Position numbers and translations under genes: made by a program. From Candidatus Krumholzibacteriia bacterium (GTDB lineage Bacteria > Krumholzibacteriota > Krumholzibacteriia > JAJRXK01), in contig JBGPIA010000001.1 of assembly GCA_041484665.1 (NCBI GenBank), forward strand, positions 832,001-896,000: a stretch of 64,000 bases of DNA, read 5' to 3'. Shown here in pieces: positions 38,036-47,293 of the stretch; position 1 is the first letter of the stretch, and each line of letters begins with the position of its first letter. A model generated the notes under the pieces. It ran no database searches, had not been told where the DNA came from, and saw only the letters and a program-made list of their open reading frames with translations.

Positions 38036-39820
38036 CTACTCCGCCTGCGCCTTCATGACGAGCACCGTGCAGTCGTCCGAGAGGTCACCCTCGCCGCTGT
38101 GGCGGCGCACGGCGTCCACGATTCCGTCGGCGATGTCCCGCGCGGAGCCACCCGCCAGAGACGTGAGAACCGCGTGCAGGCGTCCAGACCCAAACTGCTC
38201 CTCCTGGCGATCGAGGGCCTCCTGCACACCGTCGGAGCAGATGACCACCACGTCGCCGAGCTGCAGGTGCAGGGTCGCCTGCTCGTAGACGCGGCCGGCG
38301 ATCAACCCCAGCGGCACGCCGGCCACTTCCACCGGGGTGGGACGCCCGGCGCGCACGAGGTGCGGGAACGGAAGCCCGGAGTTCGCCAGGGTCAGCGTGC
38401 GCTCGCCGCTGTCGTACAGAGCGAATGCCATCGCCGCGGATCGTCCGTCAACGGCCAGGCGTGTGAGTTTCTCATTGAGGTCGGCGAGCACGTGGGCGGG
38501 GTCGAAGAAGCTGTGCCCCGCGTACTCGCGCAGGATCCCGATCACCAGAGTCCCGTAGAGCGCAGCCGAGGTGCCTTTGCCCGCCACGTCGCACAGCGCG
38601 ATCGCGGCGCGGCCCTCGCCGTACGGGAGCACGTCGTAGAAGTCGCCCCCCAGGTGCCGTGCCGGCTCGTAGGCCACGGCCAGCTGCAGCCCGGGCAACC
38701 ACGGCGTGGCTTTGGGCAGCAGCTGCTTCTGCAGCTCGCGAGCGGTGGCGAGGTCCCCCTCGAGCGCTTGCTCGTTCAGGCGCAGCTTCTCGTACAGGCG
38801 CGCGTTCTCCAGAGCGATCGACAAGGACGAGCAGAGCGTCGACAGCAGCTGCTCCGACTGCGCGCTGAAAGCGTCGTACTCCGCGCTTTCGAGATCCAGC
38901 ACTCCGATCAAGCGGTCCTTGAACACCAGGGGCACGACCAGCTCCGAGCGCGTCTCCAGCCCCAGCGAGCAGCGGACCCAGCGGGGGTCCAGATGGACGT
39001 TGGGGACGCGTACGGGCTGGCGCAGCGCTGCCGCCGTGCCGCAGAGCCCGTGGCCCAGAGCCAGGCTCTGGACCTGCACGCTCGCCCGCGTATCGCCCAG
39101 GTAGGTCACCGAGGGCTCGAGCAGGCGCGTCTCCTCGTTCCAGAGCATGAGGCTGAACACGTCGAAGCGGATCAGCCCCTTGACCAGCTCGGCGACGCGC
39201 GCGACGAGCGTGCCGCGGTCGAGGATCGAGGTCAGGTCGCGGCTCACCTCGTGCAGCAGCGAGAGCGTCCGCGCCTGCGCGAGCATGTTGCGATAGATGC
39301 GCGCCCGCTCGATGGCGTCGGCGAGGTGTCCCGCCACGAGCACGAGCAGATCCTGGTGCTCGGGAGTGAATAGCCCCAGCCGGACGCTGCCCAGATCGAG
39401 CACGCCGATCGTGCGCTCCTTGGCGATCAGCGGCAGCGCAAGCTCGCTGCGCGTGGACGGGCAGGCGTCGATGTAGCGTGGGTCCGCGGCAACGTCGCGC
39501 AGCAGGATCGGCCGGCCGGTCTGGGCGACCGTCCCCACGATCCCCTGCCCCATGCCGAACCGCCAGTGATCGGCCACGCCTTGTGGGTAGCCGACCGCCA
39601 GCTCGAAGCGTAGCTCCTTGCCCAGATCGTCCATCAGCAGGATCCCGAGCGTGTCGTAGGGGACGAACTCCCGCAGCCGCTCGGCGAAGCGCTCCAGTCC
39701 GGAGACCAGATCGGGCGCGGCGTTCAGCTCGAGCGTGAGCCGCATCAGGGAGGCAATCGCATCTTGGCGACCAGCGGCACCGCCCGACGCGTCGGAAGCG
39801 CGGTGTTGCGGGCTTTCCAT
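38036..39820 (-). CDS. GAF-GAF-PP2C (SpoIIE/RsbU-like) phosphatase
   Basis: Two GAF domains (GIVGTVAQTG...SELALPL; SELVVPL) and PP2C motifs GGDFYD, DVAGKG, CSDG, SDDCT. Start at ATG 39820. Confidence 0.92.
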   Translation of the reverse strand: MESPQHRASDASGGAAGRQDAIASLMRLTLELNAAPDLVSGLERFAERLREFVPYDTLGILLMDDLGKELRFELAVGYPQGVADHWRFGMGQGIVGTVAQTGRPILLRDVAADPRYIDACPSTRSELALPLIAKERTIGVLDLGSVRLGLFTPEHQDLLVLVAGHLADAIERARIYRNMLAQARTLSLLHEVSRDLTSILDRGTLVARVAELVKGLIRFDVFSLMLWNEETRLLEPSVTYLGDTRASVQVQSLALGHGLCGTAAALRQPVRVPNVHLDPRWVRCSLGLETRSELVVPLVFKDRLIGVLDLESAEYDAFSAQSEQLLSTLCSSLSIALENARLYEKLRLNEQALEGDLATARELQKQLLPKATPWLPGLQLAVAYEPARHLGGDFYDVLPYGEGRAAIALCDVAGKGTSAALYGTLVIGILREYAGHSFFDPAHVLADLNEKLTRLAVDGRSAAMAFALYDSGERTLTLANSGLPFPHLVRAGRPTPVEVAGVPLGLIAGRVYEQATLHLQLGDVVVICSDGVQEALDRQEEQFGSGRLHAVLTSLAGGSARDIADGIVDAVRRHSGEGDLSDDCTVLVMKAQAE

Positions 39821-39990
39821 CGGTCCCTCCCAGAGTCGGCGCCAAAGCCTTGGCGCGGGTCCGGGCCGCTGGGCGTCGGGGACTCGGGGTGCCCCGGTGC
39901 GTCGGCGCGCGGACGGTGGACAAAGGATACACGTGCCCGGACGCGGCCGCCCGGTGCATCCACCGCGCGGCGAACCGACCGCCCGGCGGA

Positions 39991-41709
39991 TCAGCGCTGG
40001 TGCGGCTCGGCCGCAAAAGGCTCCTCGCCCTCCGGGATCTCCCAGATCCGTCCGGCCCCCAGCGGCCCGACCGCCTGGGCGCGGCCTGACGGCCAGCGGA
40101 TCTCGATTGAATCGACGGTCGCCGCGTCGCCCAGACCGAAATGCAGCGGCAGCGGCATGCTGCTGCCGGCAACCTGCGCCGGCCAGTGCTGGCGCACCTG
40201 CCGCGCGCCCCCGGCGTAGAGTGCGACGCGAGTCCCGAAGGCCTCCGGATTGCTGCCCGGCCCGCCGCTCAGCGCCAGCTCGATCCAGCCCCGCGGGGCA
40301 AGATCGTTGCGCAGCAGCCGGGCACCCCCCGGACCCGTGGCGTCGCCGTGGCCTCCTTGCAGGAACAGCAGATCGAGGTCGCCATCGCCGTCCCAGTCGA
40401 ACGCCAGCGCGCCCTGCGACACTCCTGGCAGCGCGCGCTCCAGCCCCCACGCGCGGCTGACGTCCTCGAACGTTCCATCGCCACGATTGCGCAGCGCGAC
40501 GCTGGCGCGACCGTGTGAGGCGTCCTCGCGGCGCACCACCAGCAGGTCGAGGTGGCCATCGTTGTCGAGGTCCGCAGCCACCGCGGCGGTGCCGATGCCA
40601 TCGAGCTCCGCGCCGCTGACGGCCGCGCTCTCCCGGAACGCCGGCCCGTCGCGCGCGGCCCGCGCGCCTTGGATCCCATCCGCCCGGGGAGTGACTCCCA
40701 GCAGCAGCCGATTGTGGCGCTGCGGGAACGCGGGATCGCCGACGCCGTCGCCGTAGACGAGGTACAGGTCCAGTCGGCCGTCTCCATCGAAATCGCCCCA
40801 TACGCCGCCCGCCGGCCCGGGCACGTAGACGGCGGGCGGCAGCAGCTCGGGCGCCCGGCGCCACGTGCCGCGGCCGGTCCCGAGGTACAGCACGAGCGGC
40901 GGCCGGCCGACGCCCAGCAGGTCGATGGCGCCGTTCTCGTCGAAATCCGCAGGGAACACCTCGACCAGGTACTGCTCGCGCACGCGCGGGCCAAAGAGCG
41001 TGTCGGCGGGAGGCGGTGTGCGGGCGAGCAGCTCCTCGTCCACGGGGTCGTGCCCTGGCAAGCGCTGCGGCTGGTCGAGGAATCCGCCGCCGGTCTGCGC
41101 CACGAACAGGCGCAGCGGGCTGCGGAAGTTCAGCACCAGCAGGTCGAGCTGCGGATCGCCCGCCAGGTCCGCGAAGAGTGCGCCGCGGCCGCGCCCGAAG
41201 CGGTCCTGCACGCGCAGGGCGGCGGCCCGCTCCGTCGCACCGGCGGACGAGCGCAGCCAAAGCTGATTGGGTCCCTCGCCATGCCCCCGGTGCGCGCCCG
41301 CGACCAGATAGAGATCGGCGAAACCGTCGCGGTCGAGGTCTGCGACGGCGGTAGCATGGTGGTCCTCGATCATGCCCGGCGGCCAGAAGCCCCGCGTGCG
41401 CTCGAAGCGCAGCCCGGGCCGGCACAGGTACGCATTCGGCAACGACGCGTGGCGCCCCAGCAGGAGATCCATCCGCCCGTCACGATCGAGGTCGAGCGCC
41501 GTGCACCCGGAGGTCTTGCCAGTCACGGGCAGGCCGCTGCGCAGCGTGACGTCGATGAAGCGCTTCGCGCTGCTGGGGCCCGCGGGACCGCGCGCGGCGC
41601 TGCCCAGGAGGATGACCACCAGCAGTACCAGCATCAGCGGCTGCGCCCACGGAAGCCTCCGCGCGATGGAGCGACGGCAGACGCCCGCCACGTGTGTCGG
41701 TGCAGTCAC
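39991..41709 (-). CDS. CRTAC1/ASPIC-UnbV FG-GAP repeat secreted protein
   Basis: Repeated DxDxDGxxDL motifs; C-terminal LHFGLGDAATVDSIEIRWPSG; GTGA overlap with the aldolase stop. Confidence 0.87.
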   Translation of the reverse strand: MTAPTHVAGVCRRSIARRLPWAQPLMLVLLVVILLGSAARGPAGPSSAKRFIDVTLRSGLPVTGKTSGCTALDLDRDGRMDLLLGRHASLPNAYLCRPGLRFERTRGFWPPGMIEDHHATAVADLDRDGFADLYLVAGAHRGHGEGPNQLWLRSSAGATERAAALRVQDRFGRGRGALFADLAGDPQLDLLVLNFRSPLRLFVAQTGGGFLDQPQRLPGHDPVDEELLARTPPPADTLFGPRVREQYLVEVFPADFDENGAIDLLGVGRPPLVLYLGTGRGTWRRAPELLPPAVYVPGPAGGVWGDFDGDGRLDLYLVYGDGVGDPAFPQRHNRLLLGVTPRADGIQGARAARDGPAFRESAAVSGAELDGIGTAAVAADLDNDGHLDLLVVRREDASHGRASVALRNRGDGTFEDVSRAWGLERALPGVSQGALAFDWDGDGDLDLLFLQGGHGDATGPGGARLLRNDLAPRGWIELALSGGPGSNPEAFGTRVALYAGGARQVRQHWPAQVAGSSMPLPLHFGLGDAATVDSIEIRWPSGRAQAVGPLGAGRIWEIPEGEEPFAAEPHQR

Positions 41710-42497
41710 CGCTCGCCCAGGGCGCGGGCGATCTCCTCGGCGATGATGCGCGCCACGTCGGCGTTGTGCGGCTCGCCGGGTCCAGCGGGGACCGGCGGGG
41801 TCCGCTCGGCGGCCGCTTCCTCCGCCGTCTTGCAGCTGGGCGGCGTGCCACTCAGGCCGTACATGGCACGTCCGGACTGCAGCCTGTCCACCTGCTGTTG
41901 CGAGAGCGGCTGCGGTCCGCCCAGCACCATCGACAGCAACGTGATGCGCGCCACGTGATCGACGGTCTCGAGCTTGTAGTACGCGTCGAGCACGTCCTTG
42001 CCCACGGCGACCACTCCGTGATTGCGCAGCAGGATCGCGTCGTGGTCGACGATCAGCTCGCAAACCACGGAGCCCACCTCGGCGGTCCCGGGTGTCGCGT
42101 ACCGGGTCACGGGCACTGCACCCAGGCTCACCACGACCTCCGGCAGCAGGCACAGGTCGAGGTCGCGCCCAGCGGTGGCGAAGGCCGTGGCGAACGGCGG
42201 GTGGCCATGGACGATGGCGCGCACATCGGGGCGCGCAGCGTAGATGGCCAGGTGCATCCCCAGCTCGGTGCTTGGGCGCGCGTCGCCCACCGGGCGCCCC
42301 TGCAGATCCGCCAGCGCGAGGTCCTCCGGCTGCAGGAAGCCCTTGCAGACGCCCGCCGGCGTGGCCAGCACCCAGTCGTCCCCCACGCGCGCGCTGACGT
42401 TTCCCTCCAGCCCGATCACCAGGCGGAAGCGGTACATGCGGCTGCCCACCTCGACGATGTCGCGGCGGGCGGCTTCCAGCGAAAGAGAGGTCGTCAT
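41706..42497 (-). CDS. Class II aldolase/adducin family protein with a probable C-terminal BMC encapsulation peptide
   Basis: EGNVSAR, TP, STELGMH, HGHPP, LRNHG; Pro-rich linker then amphipathic helix ADVARIIAEEIARAL. Confidence 0.9.
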   Translation of the reverse strand: MTTSLSLEAARRDIVEVGSRMYRFRLVIGLEGNVSARVGDDWVLATPAGVCKGFLQPEDLALADLQGRPVGDARPSTELGMHLAIYAARPDVRAIVHGHPPFATAFATAGRDLDLCLLPEVVVSLGAVPVTRYATPGTAEVGSVVCELIVDHDAILLRNHGVVAVGKDVLDAYYKLETVDHVARITLLSMVLGGPQPLSQQQVDRLQSGRAMYGLSGTPPSCKTAEEAAAERTPPVPAGPGEPHNADVARIIAEEIARALGER

Positions 42498-42647
42498 CGT
42501 TGACCCCAGTGAGCCCCGCTCCGTCCAAGCACGCTGGCCGTGGCGCGCGAGCAGCGCCCGAGTGTAGGGGCAGGCAAGTTGCGACACAAGCGGGGCGACC
42601 GCGAGGGAGCGACCACGAGGCGACCACGACGTCCGGGCGGCCGCGCG

Positions 42648-43631
42648 CTACGGCACGAGGACCGCTGCGCCCACCACGCTCCCAGCACGCAGCGCGGCGA
42701 GGGCCTGCTGCGCGTGCTCCAGCGGGTACCCATGCACCGTCACGCGTACGGGCACAGCGGGGGCGAGCCGGAAGAACTCCTCCCCATCGCGCCGTGTCAG
42801 ATTGGCCACCGAGCGCACCACGCGCTCCCCCCAGAGGATCTCGTAGGGAAACGACGGGATGTCGCTCATGTGGATGCCGGCGCAGACGACCGTGCCACCC
42901 TTCCGCACGGCACGCAGCGCGGCCGGCACCAGCGCTCCAACCGGCGCGAAGAGGATCGCGGCGTCGAGGGGTTCGGGCGGCGCGGAGTCGGAGCCGCCCG
43001 CCCACTGTGAGCCCAGCGCGCGGGCGAAGCACTGCCCCTTTGCGTCACCGGGTTTGGTGAATGCGAACACGCGCCGGCCCTGGTAGCGCGCGATCTGGGC
43101 GATGATGTGCGCCGCCGCCCCGAAGCCGTAGAGCCCAAGGCGTTGCGCGTCCCCGGCGGCGATCAGCGACCGATAGCCGATCAGACCCGCGCACAACAGC
43201 GGCGCGGCCTCCAGGTCCGAGTAGCCCGCCGGGAGCCCAAAGCAGAAGCGCTCGTCGGCGACCGCGTACTCGGCGTAGCCCCCGTCGAGGTCGTAGCCGG
43301 TGAAGCGAGCGCGGTCACAGAGATTCTCGCGGCCGGCCCGGCAGTGCTGGCATTCGCCGCAGCTCCACCCCAACCACGGCACGCCCACGCGATCGCCAAG
43401 TGACCAGCGCCGCGCTCCGGGGCCGGTCTCCAGCACGGTTCCGACGATCTCATGCCCGGGAATCAACGGCAGCTTGGGCTGCGGGAGCTCCCCGTCGATG
43501 ATATGCAGGTCGGTGCGACACACGGCGCAGGCGTGCACGCGCAGCAGCACCTGCCCATCACCCGGCCGCGGGTCGGCCACCTGCGCCGCGCGTAAGGGAA
43601 CGCGCGGACTCTCGAGCAGCATCGCTCGCAT
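42648..43631 (-). CDS. Zinc-dependent alcohol dehydrogenase family protein
   Basis: CRTDLH, GHE, CGECQHC...ENLC, PLLCAGLIGYR, GFGAAAH. Confidence 0.93.
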   Translation of the reverse strand: MRAMLLESPRVPLRAAQVADPRPGDGQVLLRVHACAVCRTDLHIIDGELPQPKLPLIPGHEIVGTVLETGPGARRWSLGDRVGVPWLGWSCGECQHCRAGRENLCDRARFTGYDLDGGYAEYAVADERFCFGLPAGYSDLEAAPLLCAGLIGYRSLIAAGDAQRLGLYGFGAAAHIIAQIARYQGRRVFAFTKPGDAKGQCFARALGSQWAGGSDSAPPEPLDAAILFAPVGALVPAALRAVRKGGTVVCAGIHMSDIPSFPYEILWGERVVRSVANLTRRDGEEFFRLAPAVPVRVTVHGYPLEHAQQALAALRAGSVVGAAVLVP

Positions 43632-43802
43632 CGTTGCCCACCTCCTCGTCCGCGCCGCGCCGCCGGCTCGCGACGCGGTGCATGGCCCGTGCTTTCGCCA
43701 AGCGAGGCTAGTATGGCACCACGCCGCGTGCGTAGCGCTCCCACGACGTGCGCAACGGGGGCGATGGACGCGCCGGGGCCGCCCGGGGCGGCGGTCGCGC
43801 CG

Positions 43803-44609
43803 TCATCGTGCCCGCCCCGTGGCGCGGGCGCGCGCCGTGCGGGCTCCCTGGCGGGCGGCGCGCAGCGGCGGCGGCGTGCGCGTGGCGCGCGTGAGCGCCA
43901 GCACCGCCACCACCGCAACATCGGGGTCCGTGCGCCAGGCGGCGTGGACCGCCAGCGGACGCGTGCCGGCGCGCGTGCGCACCCAGCAGCCCACGATCTC
44001 GCCGCCGATGCGCAGCGGGCTGCCGGAGCCGCGTTCTTCGGCGGGCAGGCCGCCAAGGGCGAGCAGTGGGCGGTTCGTGATGCCGATGGACGGCACACCC
44101 AGCTGCGCGCCCAGGTGCAGAGCGAGCCCGGCGCGGCGGGGGTGGTCGCGGCCCGTCGCGTTCACGAGCAGCAGATCCGCAACGCAGGGCAGCGCGCGGA
44201 CCGCGGCCTCCAGCAACGGGCCCTCGCGCAGCGCGAGCAGCCCGGCGCCGTACGATGCGCCCGCGGCGCCGCGGACCACGGCCACGGCGACGATCCTGCC
44301 CGCGACCACCAGCGCGGCGGCAGCCCAGGCCGGATCGCCTGGCGATCCCGGCCCACCACCGCCGCGCGGGAAGCAGACGAAACAGCCGGCCACCGCGCCC
44401 AGGCTTTCCGCGTCCAGCTCCGGCGAGACAGGGGGCACCAAGCCTGCATCCGCGGGACCGGGGCGCGCCGTGCCGACGCCTTTGGCCGGGTGCCAGAGCG
44501 GCGGCGACTGCGCCCCCAGCTGCTGCTGCACCGCCATCAGCTCCTGCGGCGTCGCAGGCCAAGGCTGCACGAGCGCCTCCCCTGGTCCGTCCTCCGCGGG
44601 CCACTTCAT
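43803..44609 (-). CDS. nfi: Endonuclease V homolog with substituted catalytic residues
   Basis: WPATPQEL..QQQL, SYGAGLLALRE, HPRRAGLALHLG, PSIG, RTPPPLRAAR; the catalytic Asp positions read F, N and R. Start uncertain. Confidence 0.75.
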   Translation of the reverse strand: MKWPAEDGPGEALVQPWPATPQELMAVQQQLGAQSPPLWHPAKGVGTARPGPADAGLVPPVSPELDAESLGAVAGCFVCFPRGGGGPGSPGDPAWAAAALVVAGRIVAVAVVRGAAGASYGAGLLALREGPLLEAAVRALPCVADLLLVNATGRDHPRRAGLALHLGAQLGVPSIGITNRPLLALGGLPAEERGSGSPLRIGGEIVGCWVRTRAGTRPLAVHAAWRTDPDVAVVAVLALTRATRTPPPLRAARQGARTARARATGRAR

Positions 44610-44884
44610 GTCAGCGCGCAGCGCCGAGCGGATCGATACCGGCGCTGCGCCAGGGGTAAGGTGAACATCCGAATGGCCCAGCGCCGGCTCACACAGTACC
44701 ACGGGACGCCGGGAACCCGGCCACTGCGGGCACCGGGCGGGCGCCCCGTGCCGCGACGTCCCGGCACGCGTTGACGCCTCCCGCACCCGATGCAATTGGA
44801 ACAGCCCTTGCGATCCCTGGACCCGAACGACAACCGGCGACGCAACTGACGCATTGCCAACGAGCCAGGAAGGAGAGGCGTCCC

Positions 44885-45574
44885 ATGAGGTACACAATGT
44901 TCACGCCCGTGCTTGCGCTGGGCCTTGCCGTGTGGGCGGTGACCCCGGCGCAGGCGCAGCTCGCGCGCGACCGTGTCGAGAAGGCCAACGACCGCGCTCA
45001 GATTCGCCAGGATAACCGCGCGCTGCGCGATGACCTGTCCGATGCCGCGCGCCTGCAAGCCCTACTCGATCGCTTCGACGCCGCGCGCGCGGGGCACGAT
45101 ATGGCGGCCCTCGCGCGCATCGACGGCGAGCTTCGAACGTATCTGGGCTCCGAGCTCGGCGAGTCCAAGGTCGGGGTGGCGCGCGCCGGCAAGGAGGTTC
45201 GCCAGGACCGGCGCGAGGTGCGCTCCGATCGGCGCGAGATCCAGGGCAATCAGATCCAGGACGCTCCCCCGGTCGTTCGGGTAGATGACCGGCACGACCT
45301 GCGCGACGATCGGCGCGATCGGTCCGATGACCGCCGTGACGCCAGTGCCGAGCGCCGCGAGTTGGCGGCCAAGCGGCGTATCGCCGTGCGGCTGCACGGT
45401 CTGGATGGCAAGTACGATGAGAGCAGCCTGGTCGCCCGTCGCGCCATGATCGTAGACCTGGTAGGGCTGGCGGGCGGTGAGATCCGCCAGGATGCCACCG
45501 AGAAGCACGAGGACGTGCGCGAGCTGCGCGAGGACCGCCACGAGACGCGGGAGGACCGCCGGCAGGGCGGCTGA
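44885..45574 (+). CDS. Secreted helical protein with D-R-R heptad repeats
   Basis: AGGAGAGG RBS; signal peptide ending AQA; repeats EVRQDRR/EVRSDRR/DLRDDRR/ELREDRH. Confidence 0.8.
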   Translation: MRYTMFTPVLALGLAVWAVTPAQAQLARDRVEKANDRAQIRQDNRALRDDLSDAARLQALLDRFDAARAGHDMAALARIDGELRTYLGSELGESKVGVARAGKEVRQDRREVRSDRREIQGNQIQDAPPVVRVDDRHDLRDDRRDRSDDRRDASAERRELAAKRRIAVRLHGLDGKYDESSLVARRAMIVDLVGLAGGEIRQDATEKHEDVRELREDRHETREDRRQGG

Positions 45575-45626
45575 TCCGCGGCGCACGGCTGTGCCCCGCG
45601 CGCGGCCGAAGCGGCAACCGACGAAC

Positions 45627-45654
45627 AGGCCCCGCTCTCGCAGGAGCGGGGCCT
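45627..45654. terminator. Hairpin between convergent genes
   Basis: AGGCCCCGCTC-TCGCAG-GAGCGGGGCCT, 11-bp perfect stem. Confidence 0.65.
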
Positions 45655-45698
45655 CGTCGTCTGGGCCGCGCTGGCGTCGGATCTGCTCCCCGCGGTGC

Positions 45699-46490
45699 CT
45701 ATTCAGGCTCAGGCCCGCCCTTCGCAGGCGCTGGCGCCGGACGCAGCCGGTGCCTCGCCCAAGCAGCGAGCAGCAAGACCGTCGGTACGATCGCGAGCGC
45801 GTAGACAAGCCAGTGCCCGTAGCGCCCGTCCGGCCCAAAGGCCTCGGTCGCGTCGTGCAGCGCCTGGGAATTCGGCCAGACTCCCGCCTCGGCGAGCTCG
45901 TGGAACCCAGCCAACAACAGCTGCACCAGGAAAAGACCGAGAAACGCCGATGAGACGTTCAGGATCGCCTTGAAGTTGATCCGCTTGCCGAGGCGGATCC
46001 ACGCGAATCCGATCGCCACAGATCCAACCAGCCCCAGCAGGAGTCCCGCCAGCAGCCCCGCCCGCTTGACCTGGAACAGCGCCGCATCGATCAACAGGGC
46101 CGTCTCCATTCCCTCGCGCGTGATCATGAAGACGGTGAACAGGAAGATGCCCCAGGAGCCCGCGAGCGTGCCCGTACCCGCGGCCGCCCCCTCCACACGA
46201 TGCTCGATGTCCGCTTTCAGGTGGGATGAGATCCGCTTCATATAGATCAGGAAGCTCCCCACCAGAAGAGCCGAGACCAGCGCGAGGACGCCCTCCCAGA
46301 GCGACTGGCGCATCGCTTTGGAGAGCAGATAGCCAGCGCCGGCACAGGTCGCGATGGACACCGCCACGCCGGCCCACACCGCCCGCAGAAGCCGGCGCCG
46401 CCCCGTCCGCAGCAGGTAGAGGGCCGTGAGCGCCACGATCAGGAACGACTCGGTGCCCTCACGAAGGGCGATGGTCAGACCCTGCCACAC
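45699..46490 (-). CDS. FTR1/EfeU-family iron permease
   Basis: Two RExxE motifs (REGTE, REGME); GFHELAEAG; about 7 TMs. Confidence 0.9.
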   Translation of the reverse strand: MWQGLTIALREGTESFLIVALTALYLLRTGRRRLLRAVWAGVAVSIATCAGAGYLLSKAMRQSLWEGVLALVSALLVGSFLIYMKRISSHLKADIEHRVEGAAAGTGTLAGSWGIFLFTVFMITREGMETALLIDAALFQVKRAGLLAGLLLGLVGSVAIGFAWIRLGKRINFKAILNVSSAFLGLFLVQLLLAGFHELAEAGVWPNSQALHDATEAFGPDGRYGHWLVYALAIVPTVLLLAAWARHRLRPAPAPAKGGPEPE

Positions 46491-46544
46491 GGGCGTTTCC
46501 TTTCGAGGCTTGACTCTCCGCAGAGATTGGGAAGAGTATCGTAG

Positions 46545-46561
46545 TCGAGACTGAGTCGCAA
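46545..46561. promoter_or_regulatory. Putative Fur-family operator between FTR1 and fur
   Basis: Imperfect 8-1-8 palindrome TCGAGACT-G-AGTCGCAA abutting the fur ATG. Confidence 0.5.
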
Positions 46562-47067
46562 TGTCATATCGTCGCGAAGCTGCCCTGTTCCAGACCTACC
46601 TCGCGGGGCGGGGGCTGAGGTTCACCCCCGAGCGCCAACACCTCTTCGAGGAGATCTTCAAACGGCACGAACACTTCGAGCCGGACGAGCTCCTCTTCCG
46701 CCTGAGGCGGCGCGGTCGGAAGATCTCCCGGGCCACCATCTACCGTGGCCTGGATCTGCTGCTCGCGGCCGGCGTGGTGGGACGGGTGCGGGCGGGCGGC
46801 GAGGGGTATCGCTACGAGCGGCTCCAGGCGGGCGAGCACCACGACCATCTCATCTGCATCGGCTGCGGCCGGATCATCGAGTTCTACGAGCCGGAGATCG
46901 AACGTCTGCAGGACTCCGTCTGTGCCCGCAACGGATTCCGCCCCGTCAGCCACAGCCACGAGATCCGCGGTTTCTGCCGCGACTGCCGCCGGACGAAGCA
47001 GGCGGCGGTGGAGCCGCCGTCGCGTTCCCCGCGGGCGCGTCCGCTCAACCGCCGTAGGCGCCCTTGA
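46561..47067 (+). CDS. fur: Fur-family transcriptional regulator
   Basis: GLRFTPER, ISRATIYR, HHDHLICIGCG, GFCRDC; divergent from FTR1. Confidence 0.9.
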   Translation: MSYRREAALFQTYLAGRGLRFTPERQHLFEEIFKRHEHFEPDELLFRLRRRGRKISRATIYRGLDLLLAAGVVGRVRAGGEGYRYERLQAGEHHDHLICIGCGRIIEFYEPEIERLQDSVCARNGFRPVSHSHEIRGFCRDCRRTKQAAVEPPSRSPRARPLNRRRRP

Positions 47068-47293
47068 GCACGCTCCACGCGCGAGTGGGCAGCGGCAGGG
47101 CGGCGCAGTCGCTGTCGTTTCCGTCGTAGGCCAGATCCCCGTCGTTGTCCAGCCCCTTGCCGTCGGCGTTGAAGTCCTCGCCGCCGTTAGCCTTGTTCTT
47201 GACGCAAGGCTTCGTGACGCGCACGTCGGCGCGTGTGAAGTACGGCGGCTTTACGTTCTCCGCGGCCGGAAGCGTCCCCGAAATTGCCCACAA
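47045..47293 (-). pseudogene. 3' remnant of a secreted protein with a Ca-binding-like DxDxD loop and a WxxxKxxY tail
   Basis: PPYF...EDFNADGKGLDNDGDLAYDGNDSDC...PTRAWSVLKGAYGG; no signal peptide or RBS; abuts the start of the accessory region. Confidence 0.55.

Noticed and set aside
38036..43032. Apparent giant ORFs of 1129 aa and 1013 aa suggesting fusions
   Set aside because: The N-terminal parts are off-frame read-through across neighbouring genes; the real starts are near 39820 and 41709.
43713..43730. TGGCAC as a possible sigma54 promoter
   Set aside because: Lacks the -12 TTGC and points toward no nearby + strand gene.
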